A DNA stretch of 64,000 bases, from the IMG/VR virus record IMGVR_UViG_3300012971_000001, positions 1 through 64,000 of that record; one strand, given 5' to 3'. The stretch comes from a virus. The notes under the pieces were generated by a model. It saw nothing but the letters and a program-made list of their open reading frames with translations. It was not told the origin of the DNA and did no database searches. The translations under genes and the position numbers were made by a program. Positions 1 to 8,999 of this stretch are shown piece after piece; position 1 is the stretch's first letter, and the number at the start of each line of letters is the position of its first letter.

Positions 1-1
1 C

Positions 2-472
2 GCAGTCGCCGGTCCCGGCAGCAAGGCTCCTGGCAGCATTAACGTTATGGGCGAGGGGAAATACCCCACGCGGGAATGGTTCGGCCGCATCTCGCCGGAA
101 GGGCAGTGGGCGCCGTCGGGCAGCCTTCAGAAGGACATGGACCGGCTGCGGGCGCTGTTGGAACTGCTTTTGGAGTTCGCCAACGCCCCGGCAGAGGTCG
201 CAAAGAAGCACGGGTCGCTCACCGGCCAGTGCTGCTTCTGCAACAAGAAGCTCACGGACGACAAGTCAGTCGCGGCTGGTTTCGGCCCCGTGTGCGCTGA
301 GAATTTCGGGCTCAAGGCCGAGTGGAAGGCAGCTGTGGACCATGTTCTGGTCCCAACAGCCCCGGTAGCCCCGGCGACGAAGCCTGCGGTCAGCCAGCCA
401 CGTCCGGACAATGTTCTCCCGTGGGCAACGACGGCAGCCGTGGTCCTGGCGGCGTCACTGTTCAGCATGTAA
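2..472 (+). CDS. DUF6011-like Zn-finger protein, 5' truncated by window edge
   Basis: Frame open from base 2; C-terminal CCFCNKKLTDDKSVAAGFGPVCA fits the CxxC..LTD..S...G.GP.C pattern. Confidence 0.7.
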   Translation, partial: AVAGPGSKAPGSINVMGEGKYPTREWFGRISPEGQWAPSGSLQKDMDRLRALLELLLEFANAPAEVAKKHGSLTGQCCFCNKKLTDDKSVAAGFGPVCAENFGLKAEWKAAVDHVLVPTAPVAPATKPAVSQPRPDNVLPWATTAAVVLAASLFSM

Positions 473-494
473 ATCGTCGGCGGGAAAATCACCG

Positions 495-525
495 GCGGCC
501 GGGACAGCAAACCGGCCGCATTTTT
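495..525 (+). terminator. Rho-independent terminator
   Basis: GCGGCCGG-loop-CCGGCCGC followed by ATTTTT. Confidence 0.7.
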
Positions 526-760
526 GTGCCCGGGTGCCCAGGTTTGATTCAGAACGACTTCCGGGTGTCCAAGGGTCACCCCGCGGTCACCGACTTAGCC
601 TGAGGGCTCTGGATAGAGTACCTTATCCGGTCCTGGAAATAACCGTCGGCAACTCAGCGGATTTACGGCCGTTACGGGCTGTTTCGGAAAATCCGGGTGT
701 CCGGCTGGGTAGTTTTTCGGCATCGGGGATACACCCGGCAGAAAACATCCGGTTTCAGCC

Positions 761-790
761 TTGCATTACAGGTTTGAACCCGTGTAAACT
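761..790 (+). promoter_or_regulatory. Palindromic-spacer promoter, copy 1
   Basis: TTGCAT-TACAGGTTTGAACCCGTG-TAAACT; ATG 6 nt downstream. Confidence 0.7.
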
Positions 791-796
791 CAGAAT

Positions 797-844
797 ATGA
801 AACGTAGTTCATCAGTCCTAGCAAGAAGGAGAAATAACCAATGA
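797..844 (+). CDS. Putative 15-aa leaderless peptide
   Basis: ATG 6 nt after TAAACT; MKRSSSVLARRRNNQ*, stop overlaps next start (ATGA). Confidence 0.3.
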   Translation: MKRSSSVLARRRNNQ

Positions 845-1047
845 GGAAGCCGAAAGCGAAATCTATCCCGTACGACGCGGTCGTGACCACGATTCACGGC
901 AGCAAGTTTACCTGTATCCAGCCCTGCCGTCGCAAAGACATGCTCGTCGGCATGCTGCTGGAGAGGAAGGGCCATGTCGAGGACATGATGCCCGGATTTA
1001 CGTACTCGTTCTATCGCGACGAGATCGAAGAAATTTCCGAAAAATAG
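841..1047 (+). CDS. Hypothetical protein
   Basis: AAGGAG RBS; 68 aa ORF. Confidence 0.65.
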   Translation: MRKPKAKSIPYDAVVTTIHGSKFTCIQPCRRKDMLVGMLLERKGHVEDMMPGFTYSFYRDEIEEISEK

Positions 1048-1060
1048 TTGCGTTTCAGAC

Positions 1061-1089
1061 TTGCGCACAAGTCGAAACCTGTGTAAACT
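1061..1089 (+). promoter_or_regulatory. Palindromic-spacer promoter, copy 2
   Basis: TTGCGC-17 bp-TAAACT containing CACAAGTCGAAACCTGTG; Ku ATG 6 nt downstream. Confidence 0.8.
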
Positions 1090-1095
1090 CAGATC

Positions 1096-1881
1096 ATGGC
1101 AAGTACAATTGCAAAAGTAAATATCAGTTTCGGGCTGGTCAGCGTGCCGGTGAAGGTCACGGTGGCCGCCCGTGGAGAGAGTGTCAGCTTCAACATGCTC
1201 CACGAAGATTGCAAGCACCGCGTGAACATGAAGACGTGGTGCTCGCACTGCGACAAGGAAATCAGCCGGTCGCAGACGCTGAAGGGCCGCGAGATGCCCG
1301 ACGGCAGCATGGTGGTCATCGACCCGGACGAGCTGAAGGCACTTGAACCGCGCAGCACGAAGGTGCTCGAGATTACGTCGACCTGCTCGCTGAGCGAGAT
1401 CGACCCGCTCCTGTTCGACGCGAGCTACTATCTCGAAGCCGACAAGGGCGGCGCCAAGGGTTTTGCGCTCCTGGTCGCGGCGCTGAAGAAATCGAAGCGC
1501 GCGGCGATTGCGAAAATCACCATGCATCAGCGGGAGCATGTCGTGATCATCCGGCCAGTCGCCGGCGGATTGATGTTCCATACCATGTTCTACAGCGAAG
1601 AAATCCGCGAGGCGCCTGAGGTGACGAACGAGAAGGTCAACCCGGCCGAACTCGACCTTGCGGTGAAGCTGCTCGAAGTCAATGCCCAGCCGTTCGACCA
1701 TGCGGCGTACAAGAACGAGTACAACGTCGCGGTTGAGGAGATGGTTGCGGCGAAGTCGAGCAAGCAGCCGGTTCTTATCACCAGCAGGAAGGAAGCCCCG
1801 GTGAAGCAGGGCGACCTCATGGAGCAGATGCGGGCGATGCTGGCAGCTGCCGAAGAGGGGAAGAAGAAAAAATCGGCGTAA
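1096..1881 (+). CDS. ku: Ku DNA end-binding protein
   Basis: ISFGLVSVPVK N-terminus, FNMLH..C..RV, EIDPLLFDASYYL, FYSEEIR, FDHAAYKNEY and DLMEQMR match the prokaryotic Ku layout. Confidence 0.93.
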   Translation: MASTIAKVNISFGLVSVPVKVTVAARGESVSFNMLHEDCKHRVNMKTWCSHCDKEISRSQTLKGREMPDGSMVVIDPDELKALEPRSTKVLEITSTCSLSEIDPLLFDASYYLEADKGGAKGFALLVAALKKSKRAAIAKITMHQREHVVIIRPVAGGLMFHTMFYSEEIREAPEVTNEKVNPAELDLAVKLLEVNAQPFDHAAYKNEYNVAVEEMVAAKSSKQPVLITSRKEAPVKQGDLMEQMRAMLAAAEEGKKKKSA

Positions 1882-1895
1882 GCCGAAAAATTCCC

Positions 1896-1924
1896 TTGTC
1901 ACAGTTCGAAACCCGTGTTACTCT
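1896..1924 (+). promoter_or_regulatory. Palindromic-spacer promoter, copy 3
   Basis: TTGTCA-17 bp-TACTCT containing CACAGTTCGAAACCCGTG. Confidence 0.8.
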
Positions 1925-2010
1925 TGGGATGTAGTCGCAGTAAGGGTGGCCCACCCGGTAGAAGGGCAAATACATAGCGAATCCGGCGCTCTATCCGGTA
2001 AAAGGAAAAG

Positions 2011-3135
2011 ATGTCGCACAATATCGAAAACAATCAAATCGCCTGGAAGGGCGAGACTCCCTGGCACGGCCTGGGATATCAAGTCGAGGACGGCGCAACG
2101 GGCGAACAGATGCTCGTCACCGCCGGGCTGAACTGGGATGTTGAACGTCGCCGGCTGTCGATGAATTCGACCAAGGGCGAGAAGACGCAGAAGTGGCTCG
2201 TCGAGGGCATGAAGGGCTACCGCGCGATCGTGCGGGCGGATACGAACTTCGTGTTCCAAGTCGCGACGCAGGACTACCACCCGATGCAGAACGCGGATAT
2301 CGTGAATTACTTCCGCGAGTTCTGCGAAGCCGGTCACGCCTCGATGGAGACGGTCGGCGGGCTGAAGGGCGGGCGGATGGTCTGGGCGCTGGCGAAGTTG
2401 AACGGCGGCAGCAACGGGTTCGTCAACGGCAACAAAGAGGACGAGACCCGTGGGTACATGCTCATGGCTACCAGCCACGACGGCAGCATCCGGACGATCG
2501 GGATGCCGACTCAGGTTCGCGTGGTCTGCTGGAATACCCTGTCAGCCGCGGTCGGCAAGTATCTCACCACGCGCGGCGAAAAAGCCCGTGTGTCCGCCAA
2601 GCAAGCCAAAGCCGAGGGTGTGTTCCTGATGAAGCACTCCCGGAAGTGGACGGCCGAGGTTGCCAAGGAGGCGAAGGAGACGATGGGTCTGGCCATCGAG
2701 CAGATCCAGGAAGCCAACGAGCTGGCAACCACACTCTCGAAAATCGCGATCGACAACGACGGCCGCCTGGAGTTCGCGGTCCGGTTGTTCACGCCGGAGC
2801 AGGAGCTGCAGGAAGCACTCAAGCTGAAGCCACTGAAGCTCATCCCGGCGTTGATGAAGCTGCAGGACGTGAAGGAGCCGGAAAAGGTGCTCGGCCGCAT
2901 CGGCCAGGGCGTTCTGGAAGCGATGGTGGATTCGCCCGGCAGCGACCTGCCCACGGCGAAGGACACGATGTGGGGCGCGCTCAACGGTGTCACGTACTAC
3001 GCCGACCACATTCGCGGCAAGAATCAGGATCAGCGGCTGTACGGCAGCTGGTTCGGTCCTGGCAACACCCGGAAGCAGCGGGCCGTTAACATCCTGCTCC
3101 AGATGGCCGGCAAGAAGGTGCCGGTCGCAGCCTAG
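2011..3135 (+). CDS. DUF932 (TIGR03299-like) phage/plasmid protein
   Basis: TPWHGLG, AGLNWDV, YHPMQN, SHDGS, VRVVCWNTL, WGALNGVTYYADH motifs. Confidence 0.88.
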   Translation: MSHNIENNQIAWKGETPWHGLGYQVEDGATGEQMLVTAGLNWDVERRRLSMNSTKGEKTQKWLVEGMKGYRAIVRADTNFVFQVATQDYHPMQNADIVNYFREFCEAGHASMETVGGLKGGRMVWALAKLNGGSNGFVNGNKEDETRGYMLMATSHDGSIRTIGMPTQVRVVCWNTLSAAVGKYLTTRGEKARVSAKQAKAEGVFLMKHSRKWTAEVAKEAKETMGLAIEQIQEANELATTLSKIAIDNDGRLEFAVRLFTPEQELQEALKLKPLKLIPALMKLQDVKEPEKVLGRIGQGVLEAMVDSPGSDLPTAKDTMWGALNGVTYYADHIRGKNQDQRLYGSWFGPGNTRKQRAVNILLQMAGKKVPVAA

Positions 3136-3269
3136 CAGCAAGCGGGGCCTGGGAAGAAATTCCCGGGCCTCATCTGCCGGGTGCATTTGGGTTACTGCCG
3201 GTTTGTTGCCATGAACCGCGCAGATTCCTTTCTTTCCTGAATGCACCCCGCAGATGAGGAGATTGATCA

Positions 3270-3662
3270 ATGAAAAAACCAATTATTTACGGCGCATGTC
3301 TCGCGCTGGCCATTTCCAGTGCTGCCTTGATAATAAAGACCCGTAGCCAGCTGGCCGTCGGAAGCAAGCCTCCGAATCAGCTGGCTCTAGAAATCGGTGC
3401 TGAGCTAGAAGAGGGTGGCTACATAGCGGATGTGAGCATCGATGCCAGCACGTTGAATATTCGCGTGATACGGCGTCGAACGCACAACGGGGCAAGGCCC
3501 GACATGCCTGTGAATGCACTACTTCAACAGGACCAGTTAGACTGGATACTAGATTTCGTGCTGCCGGCGCAGCATGCTCGAGAACTGTGTTCTGCCGGCG
3601 TAAGTACGATCAGAGCCAGTGAGGGAGATACCGCCACTGAGCGCCCTATGAGGTGCAGGTAA
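3270..3662 (+). CDS. Hypothetical membrane-anchored protein
   Basis: GAGGAG RBS; N-terminal hydrophobic helix. Confidence 0.55.
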   Translation: MKKPIIYGACLALAISSAALIIKTRSQLAVGSKPPNQLALEIGAELEEGGYIADVSIDASTLNIRVIRRRTHNGARPDMPVNALLQQDQLDWILDFVLPAQHARELCSAGVSTIRASEGDTATERPMRCR

Positions 3663-4684
3663 TGGACTCCCGGTACACGATGGCCTTGGAGCAAAGGCTC
3701 CGGTGGTTCCGGTGGGCCGATACGACGGCGCCTGAGGTCTATAAATCGCCATCGTCTGGGCGGGATTTGCGCATGTTCCGCCAGCTATTGCAGACTGGCG
3801 ATACGTTCTACATGAACAGCCGGTTCTGCCAGCTGGTCGACTATGCCCGGCAGTCCATCCCAGATGATTTGAAATTCGAGCGGGAATGGTTACCAACGAA
3901 GCATGGCTGGATGTGGCTAGAAGAGCCGTTCAAGGTGCCTAAGATACACGACGCGCCTGTAGATGTTTCGCGCATGGCAATCAAGGATGTGCAGCCAAAG
4001 ATATCAGCGGTTGCCTGGGCTATGATTCCGGAGGATGTGATTGCCAGTGGGAAAGTGGCGTCGGCTGTAGATGGAAGGCCCATCAAGCCGGGCGCTGTAG
4101 AGTTTGCTGTCTATCAAGACATGGATCTGTTTGCCAGGGATGTGTTGGCACATTTCGGACCAGACTGTGGCTACCATCATAAGACACAGCTATCGGGCGG
4201 ATTCGGCATGTGGTCTTACTTCGTGATACAGCCGGGAGAGGACGTAATTACCCGCATTCGCGCTTTTGAAAAATTCGCTACAGAACCTGGACGGGAAGGC
4301 AGCTATGCTTTCGAGAAGACATCGGACATGCTGCATGAAATCCGGTGGATCTACACCGCCATGCACCTAATGTCGGAAAAGCTGGCGATGACGGTGGAGC
4401 ACAGGGCAGAGCGCCAAACCCGCCGCCGCATGGAAAAAGAGCACACCCCTATCCAGCCGCTAGTGAGGCTGGTCACGCTGCGGCGGATGGAAGAAGCCAG
4501 AGCCGAAGGCAAGCACAGTGAAATAGACTGGCAGTGGCAGTGGCACGTGCAGGGGCACTGGCGGAAGCAGTGGTATCCGAAGGAGCAGGTGCACAAGATG
4601 AAATGGATCGAGGAGTACATCAAGGGCCCGCAGGACAAGCCGCTGAAGCCTGCCGCGATTACCGTGTATAAGGTGGAGCGATGA
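3662..4684 (+). CDS. Uncharacterised phage protein with C-terminal VxGHWRxQ motif
   Basis: TAATG coupling; WHVQGHWRKQWYP...WIEEYIKGP tail. Confidence 0.7.
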   Translation: MDSRYTMALEQRLRWFRWADTTAPEVYKSPSSGRDLRMFRQLLQTGDTFYMNSRFCQLVDYARQSIPDDLKFEREWLPTKHGWMWLEEPFKVPKIHDAPVDVSRMAIKDVQPKISAVAWAMIPEDVIASGKVASAVDGRPIKPGAVEFAVYQDMDLFARDVLAHFGPDCGYHHKTQLSGGFGMWSYFVIQPGEDVITRIRAFEKFATEPGREGSYAFEKTSDMLHEIRWIYTAMHLMSEKLAMTVEHRAERQTRRRMEKEHTPIQPLVRLVTLRRMEEARAEGKHSEIDWQWQWHVQGHWRKQWYPKEQVHKMKWIEEYIKGPQDKPLKPAAITVYKVER

Positions 4685-4732
4685 CGTATAAATTTCGAAG
4701 AGTGGTAGCATTTAGTGTGGGAAGGGGTGTTC

Positions 4733-5257
4733 ATGATAGACAAGAACAGATTCAGTAACAATCTTTTGACAGCGCTAGCAGCAGCGACGAAGATGCTAGA
4801 AGAAAACTGGATGCCGGGAGTAAACAATATCCTGTGTGGCAAGTTCCGGCTGTTCGCGCCGACGGAGATTCCGTACCTGAACGGTGCTAAGAAAATCACC
4901 GTGGGCAAAGCCGGGGAGCGCACGAGCACGACGCCAGTATCGGAATTCGCCATGAAGCTTGATGGCGGCAATCTGAACGAGCTGACGTACGCGATCAACG
5001 CCTATCTGTGGCAGCGCCTGGGCGGGAAGCGAACCTCCGCGTCGGTGGAGATGCCAAACGTCGAGTTGCCGTCCGGCCGCCGTCCGGTCACGCGCCTGCC
5101 AGAGATCCCGCCCTCAGGTGATCAGGCTGGGTGGTCCGCAACAAGTAACCCGGGCACCGTCATTGACGTGCCTGGACAGCTCCCACGGGCTCCAGGATCA
5201 GGGCCTCAGCACCAGCTTGGACCGTCGTCACCACAGCTTCTACCGGGTAAAGAGTAG
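4733..5257 (+). CDS. Hypothetical protein
   Basis: AAGGGG RBS; Pro-rich C-terminus. Confidence 0.6.
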   Translation: MIDKNRFSNNLLTALAAATKMLEENWMPGVNNILCGKFRLFAPTEIPYLNGAKKITVGKAGERTSTTPVSEFAMKLDGGNLNELTYAINAYLWQRLGGKRTSASVEMPNVELPSGRRPVTRLPEIPPSGDQAGWSATSNPGTVIDVPGQLPRAPGSGPQHQLGPSSPQLLPGKE

Positions 5258-5421
5258 CCTCTCCGAGGTATCGGTCCACCGACTCCGCAACGATCGTTCC
5301 TGAGGGCTCTGGACGTCGGAAAATCTGGTCAAAACACAGCAGTTACAGGCCGGATTTTCCGGGTAGTCCACAGCCATAGCCTCCGGTAAATCCCTTTCCG
5401 AAAATAAATCCGTTCTGGCAC

Positions 5422-5450
5422 TTGTCACGGGTCCGAACCCGTGTTAACCT
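5422..5450 (+). promoter_or_regulatory. Palindromic-spacer promoter, copy 4
   Basis: TTGTCA-17 bp-TAACCT containing CACGGGTCCGAACCCGTG; ATG 6 nt downstream. Confidence 0.8.
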
Positions 5451-5456
5451 TGTGCC

Positions 5457-5702
5457 ATGGAAGCACTTCAAATATCCAAAGTCACCGCCGCCTACAGCGG
5501 CAGAGCCGGGGCATGTTGCTGCGGCTGCAAGGGCAAGCATTATAGCAAGCGCCAGGGCACGCCCAACGACTTCAAGCAGATGGGGCGCATCTTCAGCAAG
5601 GTGGAAGCCCTGGTCAACGACAAGAGCTTCGAGATCAACAGCACGTACGCGGCTGCCGAAGAGGGCAACCGTCTGTACGTGGTGTATTTCGACGAAAGGT
5701 AA
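5457..5702 (+). CDS. Small Cys-rich hypothetical protein
   Basis: YSGRAGACCCGCKG motif; leaderless start. Confidence 0.7.
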   Translation: MEALQISKVTAAYSGRAGACCCGCKGKHYSKRQGTPNDFKQMGRIFSKVEALVNDKSFEINSTYAAAEEGNRLYVVYFDER

Positions 5703-5708
5703 AAAAGC

Positions 5709-6089
5709 ATGGCTAAGAATCTCCGCGCGAAGATCGCGCTGCAAGAGAAAGAAATCCGCCGCTGGAAAGACGCGGCCGCTGCGATGGCGATCGGCAACAT
5801 TCGCTGGTCCGCCTGGCAGTCCGAGACAGCATTTCAGCCCGGCTGGCCGAAATACGAATCCCGGTGCGGGCTGCTGCCTGACCAGATCACGGTGGTGCTG
5901 CATACGCGCTACCAAACGCAGAACCAATCCGGCAGCAACGGCATTCCGGCGCCGGACGGAACCTGGCATGCGATGCGCTTCGCAGACTTTGTCGACACCG
6001 GCCACGCCTTACGCAGGCATTTCCCCGATATCCTCGAAGGAACGATGACAGACGCGTTGGTGGGCCTGGACGAAGAAAATTCGAAATAA
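5709..6089 (+). CDS. Hypothetical protein
   Basis: Operon-packed ORF. Confidence 0.6.
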   Translation: MAKNLRAKIALQEKEIRRWKDAAAAMAIGNIRWSAWQSETAFQPGWPKYESRCGLLPDQITVVLHTRYQTQNQSGSNGIPAPDGTWHAMRFADFVDTGHALRRHFPDILEGTMTDALVGLDEENSK

Positions 6090-6103
6090 TCCTGTTTTCG
6101 GAC

Positions 6104-6132
6104 TTGCGCACGGGTTTGAAACCGTGTAGACT
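6104..6132 (+). promoter_or_regulatory. Palindromic-spacer promoter, copy 5
   Basis: TTGCGC-17 bp-TAGACT containing CACGGGTTTGAAACCGTG; ATG 6 nt downstream. Confidence 0.8.
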
Positions 6133-6138
6133 TAGGAC

Positions 6139-6351
6139 ATGGTAGCAATCAAAGACATTCAAGTCGGAGACGAGGTTCTCTACACCAGCCAATGGCGCGC
6201 TTCGCGCAAGGCCGAGATCGAGGAGATCGAAGAGACAGGTTTCGTGATTTCCTCTGTCAAGAACGGCCGGGTTTGGGTCATCGACCCCGAGGGCGGCGAA
6301 AAGGAAATCGCAGTCGCGCGGCTGACGCTGCTGAACCGGGAGCAGAACTAA
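6139..6351 (+). CDS. Small SH3-like hypothetical protein
   Basis: IQVGDEV start typical of SH3/KOW-like barrels. Confidence 0.6.
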   Translation: MVAIKDIQVGDEVLYTSQWRASRKAEIEEIEETGFVISSVKNGRVWVIDPEGGEKEIAVARLTLLNREQN

Positions 6352-6581
6352 TGAAACCGTACCACCTGATGACACCCGCGGAACGCACCGCTGCGCGGAT
6401 CGCCAAGAACAAGGCGATCGACGTGCGGGTCGAAGAAGCGAAGCGGAAGCTGAAGCAGATCCGTTTGATGAAGAATTACATCGCAGCACGTGGCGCGTTT
6501 CAAGAACTGCTTAGCATGGTCTGCGAGGAAGACCGTCGTGAACTGCTGGCGATCTGGAATCGCTATGGAAGGAATTTCTAA
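6351..6581 (+). CDS. Hypothetical basic helical protein
   Basis: TAATG coupling; likely start 6351, not 6192. Confidence 0.6.
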   Translation: MKPYHLMTPAERTAARIAKNKAIDVRVEEAKRKLKQIRLMKNYIAARGAFQELLSMVCEEDRRELLAIWNRYGRNF

Positions 6582-6583
6582 AT

Positions 6584-6889
6584 ATGCGCGGTTCAGATTT
6601 CGATCGGTGGATCACCGGCAATTACGGCGAAGACCAGTTTCGCGACACGTTCGAATACCCGGACGATGCCATCTGCGAACCCTGCGAAGGCAGCGGCGAA
6701 CTCCCAGTGGGCGAGTACGTCGAGGGGCAGTTGCGGTTCGGCTGCAAGGCGTGCAACGGGACCGGGCTGAACCCGGAGAAGAAAGCTCAGTACGATGCCA
6801 AGTACCAGAAGCAGGCAGAGGCGGAAGCCGATGCCGAGTACGCTGCGTATATGGAGAGCGTGGGCGACGAGCCAGAAGATTTTGACTAG
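6584..6889 (+). CDS. DnaJ-type Zn-ribbon small protein
   Basis: CEPCEGSG and CKACNGTG repeats. Confidence 0.65.
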   Translation: MRGSDFDRWITGNYGEDQFRDTFEYPDDAICEPCEGSGELPVGEYVEGQLRFGCKACNGTGLNPEKKAQYDAKYQKQAEAEADAEYAAYMESVGDEPEDFD

Positions 6890-6916
6890 CGCACGGGTGT
6901 CGACCTGTGTTAGAGT
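6887..6916 (+). promoter_or_regulatory. Palindromic-spacer promoter, copy 6 (degenerate)
   Basis: TAGCGC / CACGGGTGTCGACCTGTG / TAGAGT. Confidence 0.6.
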
Positions 6917-6932
6917 GGTTTAGGAGAAGATT

Positions 6933-7220
6933 ATGAGCTACGCAGTTACAGACGCGGGTGAAGGCGACATGAAAGTCGAGCTAAAAAAGCTCGACGAGCT
7001 GGCCGACAACATCGACCAGTTAGCATCGGAAGCAAGGGATTGCGACACGCTCGCGCCTGAGGTCAAGCGTCTGCTGGATGTGGCGTGGTACTTCGCCGAG
7101 AAGGCACTGCGCGAAGTGAACGGCCGTTGCTCGGCGCACAGCAGCAGCGGGTGGTGCGCGTGTTGCGCTCACTTCAACGAACTCAAGAATAAGGCCGAGT
7201 CGGTCGGAAGGCAGCTTTGA
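6933..7220 (+). CDS. Hypothetical protein
   Basis: AGGAG RBS; Cys/His cluster near C-terminus. Confidence 0.6.
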   Translation: MSYAVTDAGEGDMKVELKKLDELADNIDQLASEARDCDTLAPEVKRLLDVAWYFAEKALREVNGRCSAHSSSGWCACCAHFNELKNKAESVGRQL

Positions 7221-7477
7221 TGAGAATGGCATTCGAATACCCGGTGGGTCAGTTCACGTCGCACGAGGGCAGCCTGGTCGCCGAGGCGTCAGACCTGGGC
7301 TTACCGATCGGGAACTGGCCGAGGCAGATAACGGTGATCAGCGCTGACGGTGCTGTCACCCGGTACGCGTGGAGCACGTCAAATCGCGACCGCGAGGGCG
7401 ACATGTTGTACGTCGAGTATCTGCCGGTAGCCGCCAGCCCGGCAGCCGCGAAGAAGGTGGTGGTGTTCAATGACTAA
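7217..7477 (+). CDS. Hypothetical phage protein
   Basis: EASDLG...DREGD...VVFND; overlapping operon. Confidence 0.65.
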   Translation: MMRMAFEYPVGQFTSHEGSLVAEASDLGLPIGNWPRQITVISADGAVTRYAWSTSNRDREGDMLYVEYLPVAASPAAAKKVVVFND

Positions 7478-7688
7478 GCTGACGCTGAAGGACTTCAAGA
7501 AGAAATACGGCCTGCGCCAGCTGCCGTACTCCGATGTCCACGAATGGGCCAACCGTCGCACGGGCATTTATGTCGCACCGAACCCGGTGGGATTGAGCGT
7601 CGTTATCAGTGCCGGCCGCCGCAAGGGCCAGAGCACTATCGTCAAGACGCTCGAGGCCGCCGACAAATACCTGTCGAGGTCGAAATGA
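7470..7688 (+). CDS. Hypothetical protein
   Basis: Overlapping operon ORF. Confidence 0.55.
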   Translation: MTKLTLKDFKKKYGLRQLPYSDVHEWANRRTGIYVAPNPVGLSVVISAGRRKGQSTIVKTLEAADKYLSRSK

Positions 7689-7894
7689 AGATGTACGTGG
7701 TCCGCTACGAAAAGAATTTCCTGTCCGGCCCCCAAGCCGGGACACCGATCCTGCTTGAGTTGACAGTGCCGGAAGAAAAGGCCATGGAATGTGTCCAGCT
7801 GCTTGAGCAGTGCAGCCAGGCCAGCCCGGGCCTGGACATTTCCAACGCCCTGCGGTACACGCTGGGCAGAATTCACGTTGAGGAGAAGGTATGA
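7685..7894 (+). CDS. Hypothetical protein
   Basis: ATGA coupling on both sides. Confidence 0.55.
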   Translation: MKMYVVRYEKNFLSGPQAGTPILLELTVPEEKAMECVQLLEQCSQASPGLDISNALRYTLGRIHVEEKV

Positions 7895-8175
7895 TGCGCT
7901 ACCGCGTGATTCCGTTTGTCTGCGAGGGTGTTCAGATGTTTACTCTCGTTCAGGAATGGTCGGAGGGTGGCAAGGTTGTACGCGACTCTCGCCAGCAGAT
8001 GACGAAGGAACAGTTTTATCAGCTTCAAACGGCTGTGCTGTCCGTGAAGGACACCAAGCCCAAGCCGAAGAAGCCGCGGAGGCAAATGAGCGCCAGAGCC
8101 CTGGAAAATATCAGGGCAGCGGGAGCATATCGCAAAGAGCACGGGAATTCCCCGGCAAAACCGGAGAAAAAGTAA
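7891..8175 (+). CDS. Hypothetical basic protein
   Basis: GAGGAG RBS; ATGA coupling. Confidence 0.55.
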   Translation: MMRYRVIPFVCEGVQMFTLVQEWSEGGKVVRDSRQQMTKEQFYQLQTAVLSVKDTKPKPKKPRRQMSARALENIRAAGAYRKEHGNSPAKPEKK

Positions 8176-8375
8176 TGGACCAAGATTACATCGCGCGCAG
8201 GCTGCGCAACATAGCCATGAACATGGACCACATGGTCAAGCAACCGATGCGCCCGGACCTTGCAGGCAACTACATGCGCCCGTGGGTAGAGGAGCTGCGG
8301 AAGCTAGCTACAGCAGTCGAGCAGCTACCTCCGCCGGGACGCATGCGGGATGCAATTAAATCGGGGCGGTGGTAA
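8175..8375 (+). CDS. Hypothetical protein
   Basis: GGAG RBS; TAATG coupling (MDQDYIARRL...). Confidence 0.55.
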   Translation: MDQDYIARRLRNIAMNMDHMVKQPMRPDLAGNYMRPWVEELRKLATAVEQLPPPGRMRDAIKSGRW

Positions 8376-8376
8376 A

Positions 8377-8568
8377 GTGCCCAAGGTCCGATACATGCCC
8401 AAGACAGCTGTAAAGCGTATGGTGCGCAAGACGTGGCTGCTCTACATCCAAGCGGAGCAGTCGGGCATACTGGTCGACCTGGACATCTACCGCGCGCAGC
8501 GTGACATAGCCCTGAAGGCCGTGGAAGCCGGGGATCCTAAGTGGAAGAAAGAGTTCGTACTACCATAG
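8377..8568 (+). CDS. Hypothetical protein
   Basis: GTG start just after upstream stop. Confidence 0.45.
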   Translation: MPKVRYMPKTAVKRMVRKTWLLYIQAEQSGILVDLDIYRAQRDIALKAVEAGDPKWKKEFVLP

Positions 8569-8615
8569 AATAGGCTTCGCCGTAAGCCGGGTATAATCGT
8601 AGCCGGGAGGCTACG

Positions 8616-8906
8616 GTGTTAACTCCGGTCGAGTGCTTTAGCGTGATCATCGAAGATGCTCGCAAGGAAGAAAAGGGCAAATACGATTACGACAGGGTAC
8701 ACAAAGTGCTGTCGAGTATGGGTTTGACCGTAAAGGAGTGCGATCAGGTGGAGTTCATCCTGGGCTACCGTGACGAGAAGCTGCAGCTGTTGGACGTGTT
8801 CAAGAACGAGAAGTTCCGTAATCGTGGGGAGAGGCTGAAAAAAAGTTTCGAGAGGGCAGTAATGAGTGCACCTCCCAGACCACCAGCCAAACGCAGGACA
8901 GCATGA
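8616..8906 (+). CDS. Hypothetical protein
   Basis: TATAAT and GGGAGG upstream. Confidence 0.6.
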   Translation: MLTPVECFSVIIEDARKEEKGKYDYDRVHKVLSSMGLTVKECDQVEFILGYRDEKLQLLDVFKNEKFRNRGERLKKSFERAVMSAPPRPPAKRRTA

Positions 8907-8999
8907 CAAAACCGGCGTGTCACAAGTTCGAAACAATAAATGACCAAGGCAGGATCGAGTACTGTCCCACTTTGCTGATAAAGTGGGTAGAATAGCTAG

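Noticed and set aside
8921-8938. Ninth full palindromic promoter
   Set aside because: Only the left part (CACAAGTTCGAAAC) matches; right arm and -10 are missing
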